A stretch of 64,000 nt of DNA, from positions 24,500 through 88,499 of the forward strand of contig QHTT01000068.1 in assembly GCA_003220935.1 (NCBI GenBank), read 5' to 3'. The notes under the pieces are model-generated. The model was not told the origin of the DNA, did no database searches, and worked only from the letters and a program-made list of their open reading frames with translations. Below are positions 11,338-22,434 of the stretch, one piece after another. Source of the DNA: Gemmatimonadota bacterium. Lineage in GTDB: Bacteria > Gemmatimonadota > Gemmatimonadetes > Gemmatimonadales > GWC2-71-9. Made by a program: the position numbers and the translations under genes. Each line of letters opens with the position of its first letter. Position 1 is the stretch's first letter.

Positions 11338-12341
11338 GCACGCCCGTCAGGGTTGCGGTGGTCGGGGCGGGGGCAATCGCGCAGGTGGCGCACCTCCCTG
11401 TGCTGCGCAAGCTGCCGGGCGTCGAGGTGGCGGCGATCTGTGACAACGATGTCAGCAAGGCTCAGGCCCTCGCCGCGCGGTTCGAAGTCAGGGACGCCTT
11501 CGACGACATCGAGGAGGTGCTCCGCTACGGCCACGCGGACGCGATCGCGATCTGCACCCCCAATCATCTGCACGAGATCCACGTCGTCGCCGCGCTGGCA
11601 GCGGGGTGCCACGTGCTGTGCGAGCGGCCCCTCGCGCTCACCGTGGCAGGTGTCGAGCGCGTGCTCCAGGCGAGCGAGAAGTACGGCAAACGCGTCATGG
11701 TGGGAATGAACCACCGCTTCCGCTCGGACGTCCAGGCAGTGCGCGGATTCCTGGCGGGCGGTGACCTGGGCGCCCTGCAGGCGATCCGCAGCGGTTGGTA
11801 CACGTTTCAGCCCAGCCGCCAGCTGCTCGGCTGGCGGCTGCGACGCCCGGAGGCGGGCGGCGGCGCGTTCCTCGACCTCGGGCTGCAGCTCTTGGACCTT
11901 GGCCTCTGGCTCGCGGGCTGGCCAGCCCCGAAGCGCGTCGCCGCACACATGGTGGGCCAGGCCAAGGACAGCGTGGAGGACATGGCCACCGCGCTCGTGG
12001 TATGCGAGAACGGCGTGTCGATCTCGATGGACGTGAGCTGGCGTCACCTGGGCGCCGCCGAGCGGTTCTGGTTCGATCTCGTCGGGACCAAGGGCTCAGC
12101 CACCGTCCAGCCGCTGCGGGTCTTCAAGGACGCTCATGGGACCGTCATCGACGCCACCCCCACGGGCGCGAGCGGACGCGAGACGCCGTTCGCCCAGTCC
12201 TACCGCGCCGAGTGGACGTATTTCCTCGCCGTCATCAAAGGCGACGTCAACGCGCCCCCGCCCCGCGACCAGTTGGCCCTCCACCGGGTGCTCGACGCGG
12301 TCTACCGCTCGGCCGACGAAGGGCGCGACGTGTTGCTGTGA
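11334..12341 (+). CDS. Gfo/Idh/MocA family oxidoreductase
   Basis: N-terminal Rossmann motif VRVAVVGAGAIAQVAHLPVL, plus ICTPNHLHEIHVVAALAAGCHVLCERP. GTGA overlap with the upstream gene. Confidence 0.85.
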   Translation: MSTPVRVAVVGAGAIAQVAHLPVLRKLPGVEVAAICDNDVSKAQALAARFEVRDAFDDIEEVLRYGHADAIAICTPNHLHEIHVVAALAAGCHVLCERPLALTVAGVERVLQASEKYGKRVMVGMNHRFRSDVQAVRGFLAGGDLGALQAIRSGWYTFQPSRQLLGWRLRRPEAGGGAFLDLGLQLLDLGLWLAGWPAPKRVAAHMVGQAKDSVEDMATALVVCENGVSISMDVSWRHLGAAERFWFDLVGTKGSATVQPLRVFKDAHGTVIDATPTGASGRETPFAQSYRAEWTYFLAVIKGDVNAPPPRDQLALHRVLDAVYRSADEGRDVLL

Positions 12342-13842
12342 CCGGCCCGTCCCGGCGGACGGGCGTGCTGATCGCGCTCGGCGCGGTCCTGCTCGCGCTG
12401 AGCTATCCGCCGTTCCACATCCCCGTCCTGAGCTTCGTCGCCGTCACGCCCGCAGTGGTGCTGCTGCGGGAGCTCGAGCGTGCGGCGGACCTGCGCCGGG
12501 CGCTCCGCCTCGGCTTCTGGTACGGCCTCGTGTCCCAGGCGTTGGTGCTCTACTGGCTGGTCGTCGCCCTCTGGCACTTCACGCCCCTCTCGGCCCTCGG
12601 GTATCTCGCCACGATCGCGGTCTACGGACTGTGGACGGCGGGGCTGTTCTGGCTCGTCGTGCAAAGCCGGATTCGGTTCGCCGCGGTGCCCCTGTGGGTG
12701 CTGTTCCCGGTGGTATGGACCGCCGTGGACTGGGGCATCGGCCACCAGGGGGACATCCGGTTTCCCTGGCTGGGCCTCGGCACGTCGCTCGCCGATGCGC
12801 CGATCCTGGTGCAGTGGGCGGACTTGGCGGGCGCGCGCGGCGTAACGCTGTGGCTGGCCTGGTGCAACGTGATGATCGTCGAGGCGCTGTTGCCGAGGGA
12901 GAAGGGAGAAGGGAGAAGTACGATTCGGTGGCAGCCTGCCGCCGTGGTGCTCCTGAGCATCGCCTTCGCGGGGGGCTACGGGGCGTGGCGCGAGCGCACG
13001 CTGCCGCTGCGCCCCGCGGGCGTCGTGGGGCTCGTTCAGCCGAACGTCGGCTTCCGGGAGAAGTGGAACCAGACGTACCAGGACAGCATCGTGGCCGATC
13101 TCTTCGCCCTCTCGCGACGGCTGCAGGACAGCAGCCGGCTCGACCTGCTGCTTTGGCCCGAAGCCGCCGTACCCAACTACTTCGTGAGCCGCCCGGATTG
13201 GGACGCTAGGCTCGCTCAGCGCGGGCGTGAGACACACACGCCACTCCTCACCGGCGGCCTCGATGCCACCTCGGTGGACGACTACTACAATGCTGCGTTC
13301 TTTTACGATTCGACGGGTGACCGGACGGCCTACCCGGTCTACCACAAGCATTACCTCGTGCCCATCGTCGAGCGGGTGCCCTTCGTCCCGCCGCGCTGGT
13401 TCCACCTGCACTGGTTCGGGGGTTTCGGTAAGGGGCGCGGGCTGCCGCTCTACCCGACCGCGGTCGGCCGGTTCGGCGTGCTGATCTGTTACGAATCGAT
13501 CTTTGCCGACCTGGCGCGTGGCTATCGCCGCGGGGGGGCGGACTTCCTCGTCAATATCACGAACGACGCGTGGTATGGCCGCACCGCCGGTCCCTACCAG
13601 CATTTGACGCACTTGGTGATGCGCGCCATCGAAAGCATTTCGGCGACGGTGGACCCACTGGGCCACGTACACGCGGCGACCCGCCTCGAGGTCCGAACGG
13701 CCGAAGCGAGCACGCTGGTCACGAGCGATGTGCTGCCCTGGTACGTGCGGCTGGGGGACTGGGTGGGGACGCTGGCGGTGATTGCCGCCGTGGGGTTCGC
13801 CGGCGCGCTGGCGCTGCAGCGATGGAAATCGAGGCGGCCGCA

Positions 13843-13867
<25 letters not shown>
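12338..13867 (+). CDS. lnt: apolipoprotein N-acyltransferase
   Basis: Track ORF 11795..13867 is over-extended; GTG 12338 overlaps the upstream TGA. Multi-TM N-terminus, then a CN-hydrolase domain with the E/K/C triad contexts (LLLWPEAAVP, YHKHYLVPIVE, GVLICYESIF). Confidence 0.85.
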
Positions 13868-14490
<623 letters not shown>

Positions 14491-15799
14491 CCTCCGCCGG
14501 TGGCACGCTCGCGCCGGCGCCGGCGGCCTGTCGCGCCGCCGCACTCGCCCTGTCGGGGCCAGCGGGCGGCGTGGTGGGGGCGCGCCTCGTCGGAGCGGCG
14601 CTCGGGCTGTCGGAGCTCCTCACGCTTGACATGGGTGGCACCAGCGCCGATGCGAGTCTCGTGACCGGCGGCGCGGCCGTACATGACGGGGGCGGGGTGG
14701 GCGGGGGGGGCGGAGCCGTCGCGGGTGTGCCGCTGGCGCTTCCCTCCATCCTGATCGAGACGGTCAGCGCAGGCGGCGGGAGCATCGCGCGGCTCGATCA
14801 AGGTGGCGCGCTCAAGGTGGGGCCCGACTCGGCCGGCGCGATCCCCGGACCCGCGTGCTACGGGCGCGGCGGTACGCAGCCGACGGTCACCGACGCCTGC
14901 CTCGTTCTGGGCTGGCTCGACCCCGCCAGCCCGCTGGCGGACGACGTGCGGCTCGACCCCGCTGCGGCGCAGCGCGCCGTGGCGGCGCTCGGCGAGACCG
15001 CCGGCAGCAATGCGGCCGCGATCGCTGCCGGGATCGTCGCGGTCGCGACCGCTGTGATGGCTCGAGCCTTGAGACGCGTCAGCGTGGCGCGCGGCCTCGA
15101 CCCGCGGCGCATGGCGCTCGTGCCGTTCGGCGGCGCCGGCCCGTTGTTTGGTTGCGCGCTCGCCGACGCGCTGGGCATGCGGACGGTCGTCATTCCCTCT
15201 CATCCGGGCGTGCTCTCCGCCCTGGGCCTCGCCGCGGCCGGGGAGCGGGTGGACCTGCTCGCGTCCCATCACCGCGAGCTCGACCGGCTCCAGCCGACCG
15301 ACATCGGGCGCGCGTTCAGCACGCTGCTGCGCGAAGGGAGCGAGCAGCTGCCGGGCGGAGCCCTGTGGCGGTATGCCGACTGCCGGTACGTCGGGCAAGG
15401 TTACGAGGTGACGATCCCCGTGACCACGAACAATCCACGACAGATCCGGGATGCGTTCCTGGCGGCGCACCGGGAGCGGTTCGGCCATTCCGGGAGCGAC
15501 CAGCCGGTCGAGCTGGTCAACCTGCGCGTGGTGGCGATTCGCGAAGCGCCGCTGCCGCGCTTCGGGGAACGGGGGGGCGCGGCCACAGCGTCCCGCGGCG
15601 AGCGCCTGGTGGCGTTGGGAAGGGGGAGGGGGAGAGGCGGGAACCGGGTGACAGCGTCCCTGTGGCCCCTCGATGACCTCGCCCCCGGGGTCACGCTGGA
15701 GGGCCCGGCGATTCTCGCCGGCCGCGACGCCACGGCGCTGATCGAACCGGGGTGGCGGGGCGCGGTGCACGCGTCCGGAGCCGTGGTGGTGGAGCGGGT

Positions 15800-17374
15800 A
15801 TGACGCTCGACGCGGTCGGGCTCGAGGTAATGGGCCACGCCTTCGCGGCGGTCGCCGAGGAGATGGGGCTCGTCCTGATCCATTCCGCACTGTCACCGAA
15901 CATCCGGGAGCGCCGTGATTGCTCGGCGGCGCTGTTCGACGCGGACGGCGCGATGATCGCGCAGGCGGCCCACATTCCAGTCCATCTCGGCGCGCTGGCT
16001 GAGTCGGTCGGCGCGGTGCGGGCGCTCGAGCCTCCCCCCCGGCCCGGCGAGACCCTCATCCTGAACGATCCTTTCACCGGCGGGTCGCATCTCCCCGACA
16101 TCACGCTGATCGGCGCGATCGACATCGCCGGCGCGGTGGGCGGGTACAGCGTCGTGCGGGCGCACCATTCGGATGTGGGGGGGATGCAGGCTGGAAGCAT
16201 GCCGGCCGGGGCGCGGGAGATCTTTGCCGAGGGCATGATCCTGCCGCCGCTGCTGTTCACGCCGGAGGTGGAGCGCCTGCTGCTCGCGAACGTGCGCACG
16301 CCGGGGACGCGCCGCGGCGACCTTGCGGCGCAGCGCGCCGCCGTGGAGCGCGGAGCCGATGGTCTGCGCGCCCTCGCCGCCCGCTATGGGTGGGCCGCCG
16401 TGCAAGACGCCGCCCGCGATCTCATGGACTACGCCGAACGCCGCACGCGCGACGCGCTCGGCCGCATCCGCGCGGCCGGCCTTACGGCCACCGACTGGCT
16501 CGAAGGAGACGGCCTGGACGACGTCGATGTTCCCATCACGGTACGCATCGATATCCGGGAGGGTCTGTTCCACGCCGATTTCACGGGCACCGCGCCGGCC
16601 GTGCGGGGGAACCTCAACTGCCCGCTGGCGGTCGCGCGCTCGGCTGCGCTGTTCGTGGTCCGCACGCTCCTCCCGGAGGACGTTCCGACGAACGCCGGCG
16701 TGCAGCGGGCCGTCCGCGTCACCGCGCCCGAAGGATGTCTCGTGAACGCGCGTCATCCGAGCGCGGTCGCGGCGGGCAACGTCGAGACGTCACAGCGGAT
16801 CGTCGATACGCTGTTCCTGGCGCTCGCCCGGGGCGGTGTGCCGGTGCCTGCCCAGGGACAGGGGACCATGAACAACGTCACGTTCGGCGGGCGACTTGCG
16901 ACGGGTGACGGGCAACGGGGTGGTGGTGTGGTGGGCGGCTGGACCTATTACGAGACCATCGGCGGGGGGCAGGGGGCGAGCCCAGGCGCGCCCGGGCCGT
17001 CGGGCGTGCACGTAGGGATGTCGAACACGCGGAACACGCCGGTCGAGGTGCTGGAAATGGAGTATCCCTTGCGGCTGACGACTTACGTCTTGCGGCGCGG
17101 CAGCGGCGGAGTGGGACAGTGGGCGGGTGGGGACGGCGTGATTCGTGAGTTCGCAGCGCTGGCGCCCATGGAGCTGAGCGTGCTCGCCGAGCGGCGCCGC
17201 CACGGCCCCGCGGGCGCGGGGGGCGGCGGGCAGGGTGCCGCCGGGCGGACTATCTTGAACGGCACGCCGCTCGCGCCCAAAGCGAGCACGCTGCTCCAAC
17301 CGGGCGACGTGCTGCGGATTGAGACACCCGGTGGTGGCGGGTGGGGCACACCGGAACAAGGAGACGCGCGATGA
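15800..17374 (+). CDS. hyuB: hydantoinase B / oxoprolinase family protein
   Basis: ATG 15800 overlaps the hyuA stop (ATGA). MTLDAVGLEVMGHAFAAVAEEMG.., SPNIRERRDCSAALFD, FTGGSHLPDITLI are HyuB-family motifs. Confidence 0.85.
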   Translation: MTLDAVGLEVMGHAFAAVAEEMGLVLIHSALSPNIRERRDCSAALFDADGAMIAQAAHIPVHLGALAESVGAVRALEPPPRPGETLILNDPFTGGSHLPDITLIGAIDIAGAVGGYSVVRAHHSDVGGMQAGSMPAGAREIFAEGMILPPLLFTPEVERLLLANVRTPGTRRGDLAAQRAAVERGADGLRALAARYGWAAVQDAARDLMDYAERRTRDALGRIRAAGLTATDWLEGDGLDDVDVPITVRIDIREGLFHADFTGTAPAVRGNLNCPLAVARSAALFVVRTLLPEDVPTNAGVQRAVRVTAPEGCLVNARHPSAVAAGNVETSQRIVDTLFLALARGGVPVPAQGQGTMNNVTFGGRLATGDGQRGGGVVGGWTYYETIGGGQGASPGAPGPSGVHVGMSNTRNTPVEVLEMEYPLRLTTYVLRRGSGGVGQWAGGDGVIREFAALAPMELSVLAERRRHGPAGAGGGGQGAAGRTILNGTPLAPKASTLLQPGDVLRIETPGGGGWGTPEQGDAR

Positions 17375-17727
17375 ACTGGGTGCTGGTCAGTTTGGTCGGC
17401 CTCGCGGCCGGCGTCGTGTCGGGGCTGTTCGGCGTCGGGGGCGCCGTCGTCATCATCCCGGGCCTGGTCCTCGTCGTGGGGCTGTCCCAGCACACGGCGA
17501 ACGGTACCTCGCTCGCGGCGCTGCTGCTCCCGGTCGGGATCCTGGGTACGCTCGAGTACTACAAGCGGGGCCAGGTGAACATCCGGTACGCGGCGATCAT
17601 CGCGGGCGGCCTGCTGCTGGGAGCGTTGGTGGGCGCCAAGCTGGCGGGGCACGTGGGGGACTTGGCGCTGCGGCGCGCGTTCGGGGTGTTCCTGCTGCTC
17701 GTGTCGACGCGGTTCCTCTTCAGCTAA
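17371..17727 (+). CDS. TauE/SafE (DUF81) family membrane protein, half-size (4 TM)
   Basis: ATG 17371 is preceded by AAGGAG and overlaps the hyuB stop (ATGA). GLFGVGGAVVIIPGLV and ANGTSLAA motifs of TauE/SafE. Confidence 0.7.
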   Translation: MNWVLVSLVGLAAGVVSGLFGVGGAVVIIPGLVLVVGLSQHTANGTSLAALLLPVGILGTLEYYKRGQVNIRYAAIIAGGLLLGALVGAKLAGHVGDLALRRAFGVFLLLVSTRFLFS

Positions 17728-19655
17728 GCGTTCGTCTCGAATACCTTGGCGTCGACGAACAGCCGGAACAGCTCGCGGTCGAGCTGTCCCGCCCGGACTT
17801 CGTCGTCCATGATGTCGAGCGCGCGCGCGCGCGCCACCGCTGGCTTGTAGGGGCGATCCGCGGCCGTCAGCGCGTCGTAGATGTCGCTGATGGTCATCAT
17901 GCGCGTCTGGATCGGGATGGCTTCGCCCGTCACCCCGCGCGGGTAGCCGCCGCCGTCCAGCTTCTCGTGATGCCCGTACGCGATGAGGGGGATGTGCTGC
18001 AGCTCCCGCGTCCAGGGGATCTCCTTCAGGAAGTTGTAAGTGTGGTTCACGTGGCTCTCGATCTCGAGCCGTTCGGCCTCGTCCAGGCTGCCCTTCGGAA
18101 TCGTCAGATAGCGCACCTCGTCGTCGGTGAGGTATGGGCGCGCCGCCCCGGCGAGATCTTGGTACGTCCGGCGCGCGAGGTCGAGCAGCTCCTCGAAGCG
18201 GGTGGCCGGGAGCACCGTCGGCTCGTTGGCGTGGAGCACGGCTTTCATGAAGCGCTCCAGCTCGGTGAGCTCCCGGGCGTGCTCCGCTTCGAGGGTGCGC
18301 ACGAACGGCTCGTACCCCTGGCGCCCGTGCGTTTCCAGGAATTCCGCGCGTTTGCGCCAGAACTCCCGCTCCGCACTGCGCCGCACGAAGTCGTGCCGCT
18401 GGCGGATCAGCTCGAGCTGCAGGGGATAGAGCTTCTTCGCTTTGACGAGGACCTGCTCCCGCACCCCGACCTTGCCGAAGTCGTGCAGCAAGCCGGCGTA
18501 GCGGATCTCGCGCAGCTGCTCGCGCGTGAACGTGAGGCCGCTATAGGGCCCGTCCCCGGCTTTGTCCACCACCGCCGCCAGGCTCACTGTCATGTTCGCG
18601 ACCCGCCCCGAGTGACCGAACGTGGTCGGATCTCGCTGCTCGATGGCGCGCACCGCCGCCTGCACAAACCCCTCGAACAGCCGCTCGATCTCGCGGTAGA
18701 GCTGGCTGTTCTCGATCGCGACCGCCGCTTGTCCTGCGAGCGCGGTGACGAGTTCGACCGTGCGTTTCGAGAACGGGACCACCTGTTGCTCCACGGCCGC
18801 CGGCGTGGCCAGCACGGCATCGAGGCTGCGCTTGCGGTTGATGAGCTGCAGCACGCCGATCACTTGCTCCTTGTGATCCTTCATCGGGATCACGAGCATC
18901 GACTTGGTGCGGTAGCCGTAACGCTCGTCGAACGAGCGGTTGATCGTGTACTCGACGTCCGGGGGCAGGAAATACGCGTCGTCGATGACGAGCGGCTCGC
19001 CCGTCACGGCGGCGTAGCCCGCGAGGCTCGTTCGGTCCATCGGCATCGTGAACTCGACGAACGGCGCCTCGGGCTTCGAGTACGTCTGCGCGAGGCGGAA
19101 CCGCAGCCGCTTCTCGCCGGGCTCGCCTTCGATCAGATACAAGCTGCCCGCGTCGGACGACGTGATGCGCCGCGATTGGGTAAGGATCAAGTCGAGCAGC
19201 GTGTCGAGGTCGCGCTCGGTGCCGAGGGCCACGCCGATGCGTGTGAGCTCGCCGATCTCGCGGCCGCGGCTCGCCGCTTCGGCCCGCGCCCGCGCCGTCT
19301 CCGCCCGCGCCGCCGCCTCCCGAAATCCGGCCCGCACGGCGACGAGGAGCTGGCGCACGCCGACCGGATGCCGGACAAACCCGGACAGCAGCTCGGATGG
19401 CATCTCCGTCGGGACGTCCGGCTCGCCGTCGCGCCCCAGAGCCACGATCGCGCCGCCCGCGTCCACGAAGGCGCGCAGCACATCGAGCGGGAGGATGGAG
19501 CGGCTCTCGGCATCGAGCACCAGCACCGTTGGCCGCTCATCCACCGCGAGGTCGCGCAGCAGGCGCACCTCGCGCACGTCGATTTGCGCCGCCTCGAGCG
19601 CGGGCGCGGCGCTGGCCGGCCGCCACGTCGGGGTATGAAGCAGGACGTATCTCAC
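17724..19655 (-). CDS. HD-GYP domain phosphohydrolase with N-terminal receiver-like and central GAF domains
   Basis: HD (GLLHDFGK) and HHEKLDGGGYPRG (GYP) motifs. GAF-like region (SDAGSLYLIEGEPGEKRLRF..VIPMKDH). N-terminal REC-like fold (TVLVLDAES..). Confidence 0.85.
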   Translation of the reverse strand: MRYVLLHTPTWRPASAAPALEAAQIDVREVRLLRDLAVDERPTVLVLDAESRSILPLDVLRAFVDAGGAIVALGRDGEPDVPTEMPSELLSGFVRHPVGVRQLLVAVRAGFREAAARAETARARAEAASRGREIGELTRIGVALGTERDLDTLLDLILTQSRRITSSDAGSLYLIEGEPGEKRLRFRLAQTYSKPEAPFVEFTMPMDRTSLAGYAAVTGEPLVIDDAYFLPPDVEYTINRSFDERYGYRTKSMLVIPMKDHKEQVIGVLQLINRKRSLDAVLATPAAVEQQVVPFSKRTVELVTALAGQAAVAIENSQLYREIERLFEGFVQAAVRAIEQRDPTTFGHSGRVANMTVSLAAVVDKAGDGPYSGLTFTREQLREIRYAGLLHDFGKVGVREQVLVKAKKLYPLQLELIRQRHDFVRRSAEREFWRKRAEFLETHGRQGYEPFVRTLEAEHARELTELERFMKAVLHANEPTVLPATRFEELLDLARRTYQDLAGAARPYLTDDEVRYLTIPKGSLDEAERLEIESHVNHTYNFLKEIPWTRELQHIPLIAYGHHEKLDGGGYPRGVTGEAIPIQTRMMTISDIYDALTAADRPYKPAVARARALDIMDDEVRAGQLDRELFRLFVDAKVFETNA

Positions 19656-19694
19656 GGCTGGGCGATCGCCGTCACCCCGGCGGCTAAGCCGAAG

Positions 19695-20405
19695 TCACGA
19701 GGTCTTCTCGCGCTTCAGGCCGTCCGAGGCCTCGGCGAAGTCAGGGAACACCCGCAGCGCCTTCTCGTACATCTCGACCGCCTTGTCCTTTTGCCCGCGG
19801 TCGTGGTAGAGCAGGGCGCGCGAGTAATAGGTGAGCGCCTCGGTGGGCACTTGTCGGTTCATCCGCTGCTCCGAGGCCTGCTTCTGCAGCGCGGGCAGGT
19901 TCGCGTCCCGCATGAGCTTCGTGGCCACAGTGCGGATCAGGTCGAACAAGTGGTCACGCTGCATCCGGTCCGACTCGACTTTGACGATCTCGCTCGTCTC
20001 GACGTTGATGAGGCGTGCGTCGAGCCGGAAGTCGCCGTAGAAGTCGATGAAGACGCCCGTGACGACGTAGCGTGCGCCGACCAGCTTGCCGATCTTCGCC
20101 GCGGTCTGGGGATCCACCCGCCCGGCGGCGCTCAGGTTTTGCTCGTCGATCAGCTTTTGCAATTCCTCCCGCTCGACTACCCGGGCTGCGGCATTGGCGG
20201 CCAGGTCGGAGATCATCAGGCCCGCGATCCCCTTCTGCAGGGCGTCGAAGTTGTCCTTGTCTTGCCCGTAAGAGCCGCCGTTCTCGAACGGAAATACGGC
20301 AATCCCGGGACGGGTGTCCTGGCCGCGTGCCTGAGCGCCCAGCCCCCCCACGGCAGGCCACAGCAGGGTCAGAGTGAAGAGCGGAACGATCGAACGCGAA
20401 CGCAT
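19695..20405 (-). CDS. CsgG/LpoB-like periplasmic lipoprotein-fold protein with C-terminal TPR
   Basis: Signal peptide, then IAVFPFENGG..ISDLAAN..VVEREELQKLIDEQNL..GARYVVTGVF, typical of the CsgG/FlgO-type fold. C-terminal TPR-like ALTYYSRALLYHDRGQKDKAVEMYEKALRVFPDF. Confidence 0.55.
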   Translation of the reverse strand: MRSRSIVPLFTLTLLWPAVGGLGAQARGQDTRPGIAVFPFENGGSYGQDKDNFDALQKGIAGLMISDLAANAAARVVEREELQKLIDEQNLSAAGRVDPQTAAKIGKLVGARYVVTGVFIDFYGDFRLDARLINVETSEIVKVESDRMQRDHLFDLIRTVATKLMRDANLPALQKQASEQRMNRQVPTEALTYYSRALLYHDRGQKDKAVEMYEKALRVFPDFAEASDGLKREKTS

Positions 20406-20420
20406 AGCGTGCTCCTCGGA

Positions 20421-21299
20421 TCAGAGAGTCAGGGTCATCCCTTCCCGCGCCGCCAGCACCTCCGCCGGGGTACCGCGCGCCTTGGCCGCGCGGCGCGCCG
20501 CGGTGAGCAATCCATCGACCTCCGCGTCGCCGTGCTCCGGCTCGTGATGGAATAGCACGAGCCGGCGCACGCCGGCCTCCGCCGCGAGCGTCACCGCCTC
20601 CTCGAAGGTGGAATGGCCCCAGCCACGGTGCTGCTCGAGCTCCTGCGGCGTGTACATCGCGTCGTGGATCAGCAGCTCCACGTTCGCCAGGAACGCCACG
20701 AGATCCTTGCGCCACGTCGCCGGCGTGTCGTAATGGCCCCCTGGCCCCAGCTCGTTGTCCGTCACATACGCCATGCTCGCGCCCCCCGCGGCCGGCGTGA
20801 GCCGATACCCCAGCGTCGTGCCGGGGTGCCGTAACCGCATGGCGCGCACCCGGAATGCGCCCACCGTAAACTCGCCCGGGTCGACCTGCTGCACCGTCAG
20901 CTTGGCCGACAGCGCGTCGAGCGGGATGGGGAACACGGCCGGGTCCATCTGCTGCCGGAGGATCGCCTCGAGCGAGGTGGTGCCCTGTCTGGAGCCCCAG
21001 ATGCGCACCGCATTCCCCGGCGAGAAGAACGGCTTGAAGTGCGGCAGCCCTTGAATGTGGTCCCAGTGGGCGTGTGAGAGCAGGATCTCCGCGTTCACGG
21101 CGCCGTTTTGCCGCTCCACGAGCTGGAGCCCCAGCGCGCGAATCCCGGTGCCCGCGTCGAGGATGACGAGCTGCCCCCCGGGGCCCTCCACGGCCACGCA
21201 CGGCGTGTTGCCGCCGTAGCGCGCGGTGTGGGCCCCGGGGGTGGGGATCGAGCCCCGCGTTCCCCAAAAGGTCACCGTGTAGGCCATCGGTCCTGGCAC
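20421..21299 (-). CDS. MBL-fold metallo-hydrolase
   Basis: FWGTRGSIP N-terminus and the HxHxDH motif (SHAHWDHIQG). The start may be ATG 21287 instead of GTG 21299. Confidence 0.8.
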   Translation of the reverse strand: MPGPMAYTVTFWGTRGSIPTPGAHTARYGGNTPCVAVEGPGGQLVILDAGTGIRALGLQLVERQNGAVNAEILLSHAHWDHIQGLPHFKPFFSPGNAVRIWGSRQGTTSLEAILRQQMDPAVFPIPLDALSAKLTVQQVDPGEFTVGAFRVRAMRLRHPGTTLGYRLTPAAGGASMAYVTDNELGPGGHYDTPATWRKDLVAFLANVELLIHDAMYTPQELEQHRGWGHSTFEEAVTLAAEAGVRRLVLFHHEPEHGDAEVDGLLTAARRAAKARGTPAEVLAAREGMTLTL

Positions 21300-21365
21300 G
21301 CCGTACCTAGGGCTAAGTTACGGAAAATCGGGCACGTAGAACAAGCCGCAGGCTCACCCGCCCCC

Positions 21366-21381
21366 GGTGACCCACCTCACG
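21366..21381. promoter_or_regulatory. CRP/FNR-type palindrome GGTGA-N6-TCACG
   Basis: ggtgaCCCACCtcacg in the 96-bp gap between the crp-like gene's stop (21396) and the MBL gene's start (21299/21287), about 70-85 nt upstream of that start. Confidence 0.45.
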
Positions 21382-21395
21382 CCGTGGGGCGCGAC

Positions 21396-22067
21396 TCACG
21401 ACCGCCCCGCCGACGCCTCCAGTGCGGCGCGGTCCCGAATCAGAATCTCCCGGCGGCTGATCTCGATATAGCCTTTATCGACCAGCTCGCGCATGGTCCG
21501 GCTCACCGTCTCGCGGCTCGAGCCGATCATCTGGGCGATGGTGTGGTGGGTGAGGCGGCGCGTGATACGACTCGACCCCGCTTCGTCGGCGAGGTCGAGG
21601 AGCAGTTGGGCCACGCGGCCGTTGACATCGAGGAGGACGAGGCTCCCCACCTTCTCGTCCACGCGCCGCAGCCGGCGGGAGAGCTCCCGCAGCAACCCCA
21701 TCGCGATCCCCGGCGATTGCTGTAGAATGCTCTGGAAGTCCTCGCGCCGGATCACGAGGAGATTCGAGTCCTCCATCGCGATCACATGCGCCGAGCGGGG
21801 TTCCTCGTCGATGAGTGACATCTCGCCGAAGAAGTCCCCCTCGCCGAGCACGGAGAGAATGACTTCCCGCCCGTCTTCCCCGATGAGGACCACCTTGACC
21901 TGCCCCTTGGCCACGACATACAGCGCGTCGCCGGGGTCGTCCTCGAACAGAATCACGGAGTTGCGGGGGTAGCTGCGCTCGCGGGTGATCTCGGCCACCC
22001 GATCGAGCTCGGCGGGGGAGAGTTGGCCGAAGAGCGGGACTTTTTGGAGGATGGCCGTCACCGACAC
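21396..22067 (-). CDS. Crp/Fnr family transcriptional regulator (cNMP-binding domain plus HTH)
   Basis: cNMP-binding fold ([21 protein letters not shown]). HTH with recognition helix [18 protein letters not shown], which keeps the R-E-x-x-x-R pattern of E. coli CRP. Confidence 0.85.
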   Translation of the reverse strand: MSVTAILQKVPLFGQLSPAELDRVAEITRERSYPRNSVILFEDDPGDALYVVAKGQVKVVLIGEDGREVILSVLGEGDFFGEMSLIDEEPRSAHVIAMEDSNLLVIRREDFQSILQQSPGIAMGLLRELSRRLRRVDEKVGSLVLLDVNGRVAQLLLDLADEAGSSRITRRLTHHTIAQMIGSSRETVSRTMRELVDKGYIEISRREILIRDRAALEASAGRS

Positions 22068-22218
22068 GCGGGTGTTCCCCTCGGGTTTGGGGGGTTATGG
22101 TGGGGCAAGCTTACGTAGTGGCCTGCCCGGTGTCAATGTGGCGTCTTGCCGCCAACTCACGATGCCAGTTATATTTCCAAGCCTTGTGCCATTTGACTTC
22201 TACTCAGGATACAGTGCA

Positions 22219-22431
22219 GTGAAACCCGGGATTCACCCCGTCTACCAGCGCGCTCAAGTCCAGTGCGCCTGCGGCAACAGCTTCGTGACGCGGTCCACAG
22301 TGTCCGTGATCCACGTCGAAATCTGCGCCAAGTGCCACCCCTACTACACCGGGAAGCAGAAGCTCCTGGACACAGCTGGGCGCGTGGAGCGGTTCCGCCA
22401 GAAATACGCGACGGACAAGACGACCGGCTGA
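22219..22431 (+). CDS. rpmE: 50S ribosomal protein L31
   Basis: GTG 22219 gives (M)[49 protein letters not shown]. Track ORF 21985..22431 is over-extended. Confidence 0.9.
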   Translation: MKPGIHPVYQRAQVQCACGNSFVTRSTVSVIHVEICAKCHPYYTGKQKLLDTAGRVERFRQKYATDKTTG

Positions 22432-22434
22432 CCT

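Noticed and set aside
12897-12920. Purine-rich GAAGGGA x3 repeat inside lnt (encodes REKGEGRS)
   Set aside because: It is short, in frame and within a predicted loop. It is probably a trivial low-complexity insertion.
17371-17727. Half-length TauE/SafE gene as another truncated gene
   Set aside because: It has its own SD and ATG, a clean stop and a complete 4-TM unit. To my knowledge, half-size DUF81 proteins exist naturally, so truncation is not supported.
17319-20555. 1078-aa plus-strand ORF spanning the HD-GYP and CsgG-like loci
   Set aside because: It is antisense to two genes with clear motifs. The translation is low-complexity (R/G/A/E/L runs). The same applies to 28642..30303, 30212..31516, 39399..41195, 51261..52889 and 55450..57954.
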